From: Octopus vulgaris
Lineage: Eukaryota
DNA length: 64,000 nucleotides
Direction: 5' to 3'
NCBI GenBank assembly: GCA_951406725.2
Contig: OX597815.1
Coordinates: forward strand, 71,176,001 to 71,240,000
The translations under genes and the position numbers were made by a program. This document shows, one piece after another, positions 52,326 through 64,000 of the stretch (position 1 is the stretch's first letter; each line of letters opens with the position of its first letter). Below the pieces are notes generated by a model. It was not told where the DNA came from. It saw only the letters and a list, made by a program, of their open reading frames with translations, and made no database searches.

Positions 52326-52448
52326 GACAGCATTCTTAAATCAGTCTGTGTTGTCGAGATTCTTCTATCAAACGCACACTCTGTTAGCCTCGAGAATTCT
52401 TTTACATGGAAATGTTATTTCCCAAAGTTCATCACTATGCTTGACGTG

Positions 52449-52501
<53 letters not shown>

Positions 52502-52565
52502 CACACACATGTATATACATATGTGTGTGTATGCGTATATGCATATATATATGCATATATTTGTA

Positions 52566-52618
<53 letters not shown>

Positions 52619-52929
52619 CTGTGGTGCTGTCTGCTTCAGATTACTGGAATGCATGGAATGTAAGAAATGTGCGGCGGCAGTCTTTTGTAGCATAACTTAT
52701 TCGCCTTATGCTGTCCGTGTGATAAACGATTCAAATTCTTTAATACTTCGATAGGAAGCTTCCATTGCAATTTGCATCACGAGAAATGGCGTCCCCACAG
52801 CATTAGCCCTTTATTTTATGAGCTTTAGAATCTCACATTTAAAAACCAATCTATCCCCAAACATATATTATATTGATTAAAAAATTTTTTTTATTCTTTA
52901 TATTTTGAAATGTTGCGTGGTATTATTAT

Positions 52930-53035
52930 TATTATTATTCAGTAGTTTTATTTCTATCGCGTGCTCTCCTCACTTCACTACCGAGCGCAGCTCGAAGTGC
53001 CTTGGGTACGTGCTGTGGTTTGTTTTGGTGCTTTA
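52930..53035 (-). mobile_element. 3' UTR fragment of the Dong-type LINE at 59275-61045
   Basis: TTATTCAGTAGTTTTATTT..CACTTCACTACCGAGCGCAGCTC shared with 59275-59345, abutting (TTA)n. Confidence 0.8.
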
Positions 53036-53182
53036 TTTTTACCTACAACAACAACAACAACAACAACAACAAAATAATAATAATAATAATAATAATAGTA
53101 ATGATGTTGATGATAATAATTATAACCATTACTACTACTACCACCACCACCACCATCATCTTCATCATCATCATTATCATCA

Positions 53183-53229
<47 letters not shown>

Positions 53230-53716
53230 GGCGTGTCAGATAGGTTTCTTTTTTACCGTTTATTTTAATATTTTCCAATAATGCTTACATTAGCACGGAA
53301 AATGTTTTCATCGTAACCTTTTATGCCCTTTTTTTTTTCGTGGTTCTATTTTCCCTCTATAACTTTTGTTTATCCTTTTTGAAGTTTGAATGAATTTTAC
53401 CTATTTTTATACATATGATGATGAAGTTCCAAGAAAGAAAAAGTGGAGGGGGACGAACGGATTTATCTGACAGATTAATATACAGGTTGGCTTTATGGTA
53501 CAACGAATTATTGGTTTTCCCAAGACTATGATTCCTCTTTTTGCTTCAGGCAAGATGACACTTTATACAAAGGCCTGGTCATTACAACTTGACGTCATCA
53601 TAATAGTCGTCGTCGTCGTCGTCGTCACTTATGTTAATAAATCTGTTCGGTTTATCTCAGTATAGTGTTTACAATACATATCTGACCATTTAGTTTAATA
53701 ACACATACTCACACAC

Positions 53717-53747
<31 letters not shown>

Positions 53748-53897
53748 ATGGCATACACATATGCGTTTGTGTGTGTATGTATACATACAAACATACACGC
53801 ATATATACAAACATACACACATATATACAAACATACACGCATATATACAAACACACACACATACATACATACATACATACATACATACATACATACA

Positions 53898-53931
<34 letters not shown>

Positions 53932-54079
53932 GGCTTTACGATGGTACTAATATCGTCAAGAAGTGCAGCTTTTCTTGGATTTGTGACTCCTACATCATAT
54001 CACACTTCGAAGGTTATACATTTGTGATCCATGAACAAGAAATTGTTATAAAATATGAATTAAGCAAAAGAGACAGTGA

Positions 54080-54410
54080 AGACCTTGGGACCCCAAGATG
54101 TAACCGAAAATGGAAGATATTACATGCGATAAATATCTGTCCAAAATTGTCATCAAGTACTACCCCTCAATGCGACATGACGTCGCTAAAGCTGTATACA
54201 ATGTCATCCGGGGTAAATATAGAGAAAACCTCTGTTAATGAATGCATGCATAAAGAATATTGGTGGAATATTGCAATAAAAATTTCTATTAAGTGCAGAC
54301 ATACAAGGCCGGATATGGTTTTGGACTGGCAAGAAAAAAATGACTGTTATAAAGGCCAGCTGTCTTGTTGATGAGAATATTTCTTGGAAACAGGATAACT
54401 ACTGACAACA
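54080..54410 (+). mobile_element. RLE-type LINE fragment (CCHC to endonuclease)
   Basis: ..CPKLSS..MRHDVAK..EYWWNIAIKISIKCRHTRPDMVL. Confidence 0.7.
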
Positions 54411-54412
54411 AC

Positions 54413-54502
<90 letters not shown>

Positions 54503-54504
54503 CG

Positions 54505-54563
<59 letters not shown>

Positions 54564-54793
54564 TTAGATAGACAGAAAGATAGATAGGTCTGTCAGTTTC
54601 GAATAAACGTTCACTGCCAATAGGCGTAGGGATGGCAGCATTAATATTCTTCCTATAAATACTATATTTAATCACGTGGCGTTTCCTGTTGGCTAGTTAG
54701 TGTAAGGGAGAGAATCCTTTTTTATATAAAATTTCGCGAGAATAAAAGTTTGAAAATTAAAATCGACTAAAAAGGAAGAAGTTGCAAAGAATA

Positions 54794-54859
<66 letters not shown>

Positions 54860-54860
<1 letters not shown>

Positions 54861-55170
54861 GTTTCTATGTTTGACTTTTGCTTTATGTCTGTACAAGTTG
54901 GCTCCAAGTCTCACCCAGGGACCTCAAGAGACAACAGGTTGGAAGTTCTGTGCCATATATTTAAGTATTTTGTTTTTTTTGGTGTTGTACTAGTGAATGT
55001 CTAATACATAAAAATAAAATAAAAAAAAAATAAAATAAAATAAAATAAATAAATAACTAAATAAAAAAAAAGTTTGTTTTAAACCTTGGGGTTACATAGA
55101 GAGTATTGAGAGTATTTTGCGTAGAACTTTAAAAAAAAGTTTGTTTTAAACCTTGGGGTTACATAGAGAG

Positions 55171-55176
<6 letters not shown>
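54860..55176 (-). mobile_element. LINE 3'-end-like fragment between (TTA)n tracts with a ~45-bp duplication
   Basis: AAAAAAAAGTTTGTTTTAAACCTTGGGGTTACATAGAGAG at ~55064 and ~55131. Confidence 0.5.
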
Positions 55177-55224
<48 letters not shown>

Positions 55225-55226
<2 letters not shown>

Positions 55227-56560
55227 GTTTGTGCATGCTAATTTAGTTTGTGGATCTTACGGTTTCGTGAGAACAAGTCTCCTCAGATCTCTGGTTAGAT
55301 CCTGATATTTCTCACTTTTTTTCAATTACTTTGGTATCAACTCTGTTCTCATAGGGAATTGCAAAATGTATGATCTTAAACTGTTTATTTGTCTTCTATA
55401 ATGATGCCTGGTCTTCTTGTGTCATTACTATGATAAGTCTTTATGGCGAAGTCCCATAAGATATTGTAATTCTCATTTTCTATCGCAGTCTCTGGTTCGT
55501 GTTCATACCATTTGTCTGTTATTTTGAAGCCACATGCTCGACTAACATTTTAGGACACTTTTTTGTCTGCAGTCATGTCTTCGCTTGTACTCCCTTTGTG
55601 CTAGTATAATGCACTCACTGAAAATGTGATTAATACTCTCGTCTCCTTTCATTTAGATTCTACATTTGCTATCTGAGTTTTGTCGATCTTTGCTTTTATC
55701 AAATTTGTCCTAAGGGCTTGTTCCTGGGCGGCTATAATTAGTATTTCTGTTTCTCACTTCAAATTTCCGTCCGTCACCTCGAACATTTTCCGTTTGTTGC
55801 ATGAATTGGCCATGCAGTTTCATTTCTTTCCATTTGTTCATTCTTTTGTTCTTCCTTTTCTATATGAATTCTCCTATTGTTTCAATTATTTGGGGGTATC
55901 ACTGGTCGCCGTAAATATTCTTTACTCTGCATAACATAATTTTTCAAATCCAGTATCACAGTACCAACAATGTCTTCCGTATTTAGTGATCCTCTAGCAC
56001 CTTCCCTTCTTGGCAGATAGAGCCGACCGGCATCACTTTTAGGATGGAATGCGCTGTGCATTGTTAGTAGCTCTCTATTTCTATGCAAGTTCTGCAGCTC
56101 GATCTGTGTTCATTTCAGAAAGAGGGCACTGTATCTCAATACTAGTATTACCGATGTATTTATGGCTTTAATAAAATCCATTCCATTTAATTTTGTTTCG
56201 AATACTTTCCTAATTTTCCTTTTGTACTTTTTAGTGACTTTCTCATTTTGCTTTACATTATCTTACTGCCGTGCAGTACCCCTAGATATTTGTACCTCTC
56301 ATTATTCCATGACGATCGAATGATGTTACCTTGTGGTAATTTTATGCTACCAGACTTTATATTCCGGCCTCTCTTCAAAGTTAGTACTGCGCACTTATTT
56401 ACCCCAAACTGGATTCCAGTGTCATTACTGAATATTCTCATTATTTGGATTAGATAATCCAAATCTATTTTGTATATATCTTGAGGTCATCTATATAAAA
56501 CAGGTAACTTATGCTTGTCGTAGTTTTGGTAAACTCATAGGCAAGCCTGGATTTTTTCAG
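55225..56560 (-). mobile_element. 5'-truncated R4/Dong-type RLE LINE
   Basis: ISYLFYIDDLK, FGVNKCAVL..YKYLG, HPKSDAGRLYLPRREGARG, decayed CCHC/RPD. 3' end in (TAA)n. Confidence 0.85.
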
Positions 56561-56599
56561 TATATTTGCTGGTAGTTGTTGTTGTTGTTGTTGCTGTTA

Positions 56600-58244
56600 T
56601 CATCGTGATATATTTCAGTTTTATTTGCTGGGTATGATTGAAAGTGTCAGCGGTCCACAGCCAGCAGACTAAGGTGATACCTGTAAACTGGTCATGCTTC
56701 AAGAACCCCGCGGAGGACTCTTGCAGTTCCAAGTAATGATGATTTTCGAAGGTGTTCTATCTTTATATTTGTACCAATCTTTTTGAGCCATGTTAGTAGC
56801 TGGGTTTGATACTTCCAAGCGCACCAATCACTATTTGTATCACGTCCACTCTCTTCATTGCCCACAACCTGCGTATTTCCCCACTTCAAATCATCATAGT
56901 TGCTCTCTTTTTTCCTTCTTCATCTTCAATCCTGCTGACACCAGGTCATGCTATGTCAATTATCAGGCATACTTTTATTTTTATTTTCTGTTCACTCCAA
57001 CAATATCAGGTTTTCGATATTTAATCTGATGAACACACTGAATTATTGCATCCAACAAAATTTTGCAAACCTCATTCTCAGTAAGTCCTGCTGAGATTTG
57101 ATCTTTCTAGGCCCATAATTTCCCCAAAGCTTCCAAGGGATCATTCTTCGTACATTGTCATATCACCTTTTGTATTCACGTCGTGTCAAGTTCGAGCATT
57201 CACTAACAATGTGCCACACTGTTTCATCCCTCTCACCACACATTCTGCATTTATCGCTCTTAATCGTTTTATCAATTCTATACTTCACGTAATTAGTCCT
57301 CAATGCTTGTTCGCGTGCCGAGCATGTAAGTGCTTCTGTTTCTATCTTCAAGTCACTCCACCGCATCTATGACCACCGGCCTTCTGTAACTGTTTTTGCG
57401 CTTGTATTTCTTGCAAACTGACATTTTACTCCTTTCCATGCCATTTCTTTTTTCGTGTTTTTTATCGTTTTAATTTTTCTCTCTCAATGCAATTATCAGT
57501 TTTGATGATGCCGAAATTCTTCACATGCAGCAACAATGGTTCCACGGCATGTTTTACATACCACCCTAAACTGTTTTCCTCTCATTCAAAGCCACCTCCA
57601 CCCTTTTCTTCTGAACAAGTATAATAACCGATCAGTGTCAGTCTTGGGATAAAATGCACCGTGCAATGCCAATAATTTCCGTGTTTCTGTAGCCATCAGT
57701 TTATTCTTTTATCACCAGTTTATTCTTTTACCAGTTTATGGCTCCAGTTCCATATCTAAGCGCTGCTTGCACCCATGTATTTACTGCATGGAATTTGTTC
57801 CATCCATTCAATTTTGAGCGCAACCCCAATCGCATTCTTCGGAAATATTCTTTCTTTAGCTGTTCTTTCTTTTTTCTCCATGATTTCATTGAACTCTAGT
57901 ATGCTAAGGTACATATAGCCATCCTTTTCAATTTGATTCACTTCTTTCCTATTTGGTAATTCTATCCCTGGCATAGATTGTACTTTGCTTCTTTTCAGAC
58001 GCATTACACCATACTCTTTGAGTCCGAATTCCATCTATCATCAGTACTAAAACAGTGGACAGTGTCCACCAAAGAACTCAATTTTACCTCATACTTGTCA
58101 AACAGCTTAAAATAATCGATGAAGAAACGATTGATTCTTTGCATTTTTCTTTGAACTGTTATCCCAGTTTCATTTTCCTCGGCACCAAGGTCAGAGGGAT
58201 GAATCAAAGTAGAAAAAGCGACGGATATAAGCTATCTCCTTGAA

Positions 58245-58245
<1 letters not shown>
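56600..58245 (-). mobile_element. 5'-truncated R4/Dong-type RLE LINE, second family
   Basis: FQGDSLYP, MEFGLKE, EQALRTNYVK..CRMCGERDETVWHIVSEC, LLGTARVLRGVL. Confidence 0.88.
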
Positions 58246-58318
<73 letters not shown>

Positions 58319-58371
58319 AATATACGAAGCCCAATATACCCATCATGACTATTATTATTATTATTATCTAT

Positions 58372-58436
<65 letters not shown>

Positions 58437-58606
58437 GGTTTCTTCTTTCATTTTGTTTCCATTTCTTGCCGAGTGTCTTCCCAATACCAAGGACAAAGAA
58501 AGTCTCTGTATACATTGGCAGGCCATCAAAATAAACACACCAGATTGTTCATTTACAAAGTCATGTGATAGAAAAAGAAAGGAAAGAGATTATTATCATT
58601 ATTATC

Positions 58607-58664
<58 letters not shown>

Positions 58665-59274
58665 GCTATTGTTGTTGTTACTATTATTATTATTGTTGTT
58701 GTTATTCTGTCCTTAAAATTTGTAATTTTAGGTATTCTTGTATAGCGCTATTTCACTGCTTCCATGTTGCTCACGGGATTTCTTTCGCAGTCTAGATAAA
58801 TATGTAATTGATCTTACATGACACTGATAAAATCCAAGGATTTTCCTTGCTTGTAAAGCAGTTTCATAAAGAGCTAAATTCTTCAAAACTTATATATTCT
58901 TTTGATTATAATATTCTCAAATTTTTCCATTCATGAAGCAGCGTAAAATCTAACTTGATGTATGCAGTGAGCCTGCGATTAAAACTATAAGCGCAAATTT
59001 GACAACTGAAGTTAATTAGAAAAAATATAATTAATGACTTACGTACGGTAATCAAGCTCGCTTATAATTAGTTTTAATTAATTTTCGGTATTAATATTCC
59101 TTAAAAATTTATCCTTGAATTTTTCTCTTTTACCATTCTTTAATATCACAAGCGACACGACAATAAACTATTCAACAGAACATGCACTTGTATAAAACGA
59201 CCATCATTGTTCTATGTCATTATAAAATATGAGTCGCTCTCAAACATTTTTGTTGTTGTTGATAGTACTATTAT

Positions 59275-61045
59275 TATTATTCAGTAGTTTTATTTTTATA
59301 GCGTGCTTTCACTTCACTACCGAGCGCAGCTCTGTGTGCCTTATGTATGTGCTGTGATTTGTTGTGATGCTCTGATGGTTATTGTATGGAAAGTGTTCTG
59401 CGTAGGATGTGTGCAGTGCCTAGTAGTGCAATTTTCTGTATGTTATATGTGTTTGTAAGTCCTGGTGTTTTTGTTATGTATTTGTCTGAATATTTTTTTA
59501 TCATGCCTAATGCACCTACTATGATAGGAATTGTTTCTGTTTTTAGATTCCCCATTCTGGTTACCTCTATTTCCAGGTCTTTGTATTTTGAATGTTTCTC
59601 CATTTCTTTTAGAGACACGTTGTCATCTGCCGGTATTGATACATCAATTAGAAAGCATTTTTTTTCTTCTTGATCTCTGACAACTATATCTGGTCTGTTG
59701 ACCTTAATTTCTCTATCTGTGTGTATTGGCATATCCCATAGTATGGTTGCTTTCTCGTTTTCTGTGATCTTTTCTGGTGTGTGCTTATACCATCTTTTTT
59801 CTGTTGTTATTCCATAGTGTTGGCATAGCTTTCAGTGTATATAGGTCCCAAATCTGTCGTGTCAGTGAACATATTCCTTCTTAGCCAGGACTGGGCAGCC
59901 AGAGAAATGTGATTTATTTTCTCTTGTCCATCTCCACATATTCTGCAATTACTTGTTATGTTTCTTTTCATTATATGTTCTTGGTAATTTCTGGTGGGGA
60001 GGCTTTGGTCTTGTGCTGCAATTAAAAATCATTCAGAGTCTGCTTTGAGTCCTGAGCTTCTCAACCATTGCTGGGATTTTTCTCTGTCTATTTCTTTTGC
60101 GTTTAGTCTAGCCCAGTATTTGCCTTGAAGGGGCTTTTCTTACCATTGTTTATCAAGGTCCGTTGCTGTCCTGGTTTTAGTTTTGATTTCAGTTGTTTTA
60201 TAGCTTTTGTTGTTTCTTCTTCTTCATATTTGTTAGGTGGTATGATTTCTTGTTTGTATTTGTCAGCTTCCTTAAATACTGAGAACAGTTTTTGCTTTGC
60301 TCGTGTTTTGTGGCTATTTATATTAGCTTTCCTTGCTTCTGAAGTAGGTATTTTTGCAGTCCTATGGTGGTATTTTATAATAGTTTTCCAGCTATATAAG
60401 GCCTCTACCACCTTCGATACTTTGTATATATAGCCTTTCTATGTCAGATTTTGGGTGATGCATCCTAGATCCTGTCATTATTTTTCTTGTTTTCCTGTCT
60501 ATTTTGGTTTGTTCAATTAGTGTCCAGTTAAGGATATTGTAGTTGTAACTTATAACTAGGACGGCTAGGGTGTTGATACCTATTATCTTGTTTTTAGCAT
60601 TGAGCTCTGTTTTCAGTATTGATCTAACACGTCTATAGTATTCTTTCTTTATTTTCTCTTTCATTTTTTTTTGTGTTGTATCGTATCTAGTTCATTGATT
60701 CCTAAATATTTGTATGTCTGGCTTTGGTCTAATTCTCTTATTTCATTGGCTTTATCTAGTGTGATGTTGCTCCTCTTAATTAGATTTCCTCTTTTCAAGG
60801 TTGCTTTGGCACATTTTTCTGAGCAAAATTTCCCATTTGTTTCTTTGGTAAATCCATATACTGTCTGTAGTAGTGTTTCCAGCTGTTTATCATTTGTAGC
60901 GTATAGTTTTTAGGTCATCCATATATAAGAGGTAGTTGATTGTTTTGCCGTAACATTTGTATCTGCATTCAGTTCTATTTAGCATGTCAGATAAAGGTGT
61001 CAGTGCCAAACAGAAAAGGAATGGGGAGAGCGTGTCTCCCTGGAA
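59275..61045 (-). mobile_element. 5'-truncated R4/Dong-type RLE LINE, best preserved
   Basis: IFQGDTLSP, LLYMDDLK, HPKSDIERLY..GGRGL, NRPDIVV..LIDVSIP..KYKDL..GALG..LLGTAHILR. (TAA)n at both junctions. Confidence 0.92.
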
Positions 61046-61053
61046 TATTATTA

Positions 61054-61093
<40 letters not shown>

Positions 61094-61094
<1 letters not shown>

Positions 61095-61595
61095 GAGTGA
61101 GAGAGCAGTTCATGCCATCAAAGTGACACTGGGGTAAAATATACGAAGCCCAATATACCCATCATGACTACCCGTCTGATAAGGGTACACCAGGCACATG
61201 CATCACAACCATATGTGCGCGACATGGTGATCTCATATCAAGATAAACAGCACATGACCTTGCAGGTGGGGCCCAGTTAGAATTTTCTTCAGGTTGAGTA
61301 GCCCATCCCGCTCAAAAGGTCCCTGAATAAGGGTTGTTTAAGGATGTTGAAAGAACCACCCATGTTTCCAAAGGTGAATTATTCAAACCCCAAAGAATCC
61401 CTCTCAACACATGGCTATGATGCTCCCCCACTACTTCTGCTCGTGATCAGAGATGCACATATCGTCAGCCACTAAGGAACATGCTCAACTGGTTAAGGTC
61501 AAACAACTGACAAGCAAATCTGAGGTATTGAGCAGAATATTTGCTGTAGCCCATCTTTATACCAAGACAAAACAAGGTACACGATAACACTTCCA
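61094..61595. mobile_element. ~500-bp non-coding repeat inserted in (TTA)n
   Basis: Bounded by (TTA)n/(TTC)n. A 34-bp piece AAATATACGAAGCCCAATATACCCATCATGACTA recurs at 58318-58351, also within (TTA)n. Confidence 0.65.
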
Positions 61596-61616
61596 TATTC
61601 TTCTTCTTCTTCTTCT

Positions 61617-61692
<76 letters not shown>

Positions 61693-61702
61693 TATTATTA
61701 CC

Positions 61703-61918
61703 AAGGTGACGAGCTGGCTGAATTGTTAATATTCTGTGCAAAATGCTTAGTGGCATTTCGTCCGTTTTTACGTTCTGAGTTCGAATTCCACCAAGGTCCA
61801 ATTTGCCTTCCATCCTTTTGGGGTCGATGAAATAAGTTACTTGTTGAGCACTGAGGTCGATGTAATCGATTACTCCCTCCTCCAAATTTCAGGCCTTGTG
61901 CCTATAGTAGAAAGGATA
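61703..61918 (+). mobile_element. SINE family B
   Basis: Full head through GGCCTTGTGCCTATAGTAGAAAGGAT. Confidence 0.85.
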
Positions 61919-61933
61919 GTTAGTATTATTATC

Positions 61934-61968
<35 letters not shown>

Positions 61969-62944
61969 CTATTGTCGCCGCCGTACTGTGAAGGCACAGG
62001 GACTTGAAGATCCATAAGTTTTAAGAGTTTCATTAACTGTTTCGGCTGATTAATTCCCATTCAGTCATTTATTTTGTGATAACTTCCTTCCAGACGTTGT
62101 CTGGTACGTGATAGTAATATTTCTGTTTAATTGCGCCCTTTTTGAGAGTGTGCCTCAGTGACATTTATTTTGGATTTCTTGTAACAACAAACATTTAACA
62201 ATTTTTCAAACAGTTGATTTCAGAATGTTTTCATACGTTAAAAAATGTCTGACCAAGACACAATAATAATAATAATAATCGACGGTGGAGAGCGCACTGC
62301 TGAGCCAATTTCAAGTGCAATGCAGCCATAACAAAGAATCATGACATCAAAGGCGGGTAAGCTGGAGCTGAATCGAACTTATCGCATCTAAGTAAAGAAA
62401 TTTTCTTTAGTCGCTATGACAATGGCAATACCGTCAGCTATACAAGCAACAACAACAACAACAGCAGCAGCAACAACAACAATAAGAGCAACAACAACGT
62501 GAACAACAAGAACGAAAACAAAGACAGCATCAAAAATGAAGTCATGAACTGCAGAATCAACTACAGCAGTAAAAACAGTAAAAACTGTATGTATAACAAC
62601 AACAATAACATGAAAAACCATAATTCTATCTTTTATGAGAGCAGTTAACCGGTGGACCGTGCATTCGGCGCAAGATTTAAGGGCCTCCAGTATAAAAAGG
62701 ATATTGTCAAACGAGAAGTTATATCTCTTAGTAAAGAAGCAAAAAAATTAACTTCGAAAGAAAAACATTGTCTATAAATGCATTTCTCGCAAAGGCATGA
62801 AACTTAAATTTCCTACACATGCAGAAACTGAAAAAATGCCTGAAAGACATGTGGAACTCACTTCTACACATACATAAAGGGAAACAGTAGAGGACAATAA
62901 CTGCTATATGCATCAGTGAACAAGGAGCTCGAAGAACGGCAACA

Positions 62945-63093
62945 ATCAGGCGTGGTGGTGTGGTAGGACGCTTTCTTCCCAGCCACATGGTTCCAGTTCC
63001 CTCCCACTGCGTGGCACCTTGGGTAAGTGTCTTTTATTATAGCCTCGGGCCGACCAAAGCCCTGTGAGTGGATTTGGCAGAGAGAAGATCGCC

Positions 63094-63148
<55 letters not shown>

Positions 63149-63385
63149 TGTGTGTGTATATATATTTATGTATGATTGAATTTGTGTCTGTGTTTGTCCC
63201 ATACCATCGCTTCACAACCGATGTTCGAGTGTTTACGTCCCCGTAACTTAGTGGTTCAGCAAAAAAGGCCGATAGAATAAGAATAAGGCTTACAAAGAAT
63301 AAGCCCTTGGGGTCGATTTCTTCGACTAAAGGCTGTACTCCAGCGTGGCCGCAGTCAACTGACTGCAACAAGTAAAAGAATAACA
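62945..63385 (+). mobile_element. SINE family A
   Basis: Head, (TA)n and tail all present. Confidence 0.85.
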
Positions 63386-64000
63386 TGAACATCCCAGACC
63401 TTTATAATGATTCACCTTTATTGGGTACGTGTGTAACTCGATTCAAGTCAAGATGTGCCGGTTGATCGAGATCCGCCAAGAGTTTTAGCCACAGTAAAAG
63501 AGCATGGAGATATTGCAGAAGTGAAATCCATCCCATCCTCACCAACTCAACAGCACTGAGATTTTTATGGAATTCTGGATATGGTTGCCACCGAAAGCAT
63601 TTCTTCCCCGTACAGTTAGTGAAGACACTAAACAAATACACACCCACCTCTTTCCTCTGACTCAGGCCTCGTGAAATCAAAATTCCTGCCAGAAGATGAA
63701 GGCCTGATGAAATCACCTCAAAAGGCCTTTTTTGAGAGTATGAGGAAGAATCAAATGCAAGCAAATAAAGATCGCCTCAAATTGAAGGCGATGAGACACG
63801 ACAGAAAATTGAAAATCTGTTACAAAATCACGCACAAAGAGCATCAACATCATCGTCATAAAAAAAAAAAAAACTTTTACAAGCACATTCATAACCAAAA
63901 ATTAATTAAAAAAAAGCAAACACCCGAACAAAATGATCAACACTTATGTACATACAATCGGAGGCTAGAAACTGGGGCTGGCGAAGTTGTAGAAACTCTC

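Noticed and set aside
53748-54371. 207-aa ORF
   Set aside because: Microsatellite fused to a frameshifted RLE LINE fragment.
62280-62362. Possible small exon ending in GG/GTAAG
   Set aside because: No convincing acceptor site or recognisable peptide. Needs RNA evidence.

Overview
AT-rich eukaryotic intergenic or intronic DNA with no supportable host protein-coding gene. The repeat landscape (tRNA-derived SINEs with internal microsatellites, very dense (TA)n/(CA)n/(TAA)n tracts) resembles an octopus (coleoid cephalopod) genome; this is an inference from recalled repeat families, not a search. The window holds about 19 copies of SINE family A, about 15 of a Meta-domain-like SINE family B, and two rarer SINEs. 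DNA transposons are decayed Tc1 (DD34E), mariner (DD34D) and maT-like elements, a ZMYM1/DUF4371-type hAT, a Chapaev3-like remnant and a non-autonomous Helitron. Retroelements include RTE pieces and a cluster of R4/Dong-type RLE LINEs in (TAA)n. The most notable signal is invisible in the ORF track: about ten or more mostly unrelated short non-coding cassettes, usually bounded by (TA)n tracts and often in inverted or tandem-permuted arrangement, carry type I hammerhead ribozyme (HHR) motifs. Two have canonical cores (37862-37951 and 9305-9454, both minus strand). They look like Penelope-like element (PLE) pseudo-LTRs or non-autonomous retrozymes. Almost all listed ORFs are microsatellite artefacts or transposon fragments. 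Coordinates were read by eye, so element ends are approximate unless TIRs or TSDs are quoted.
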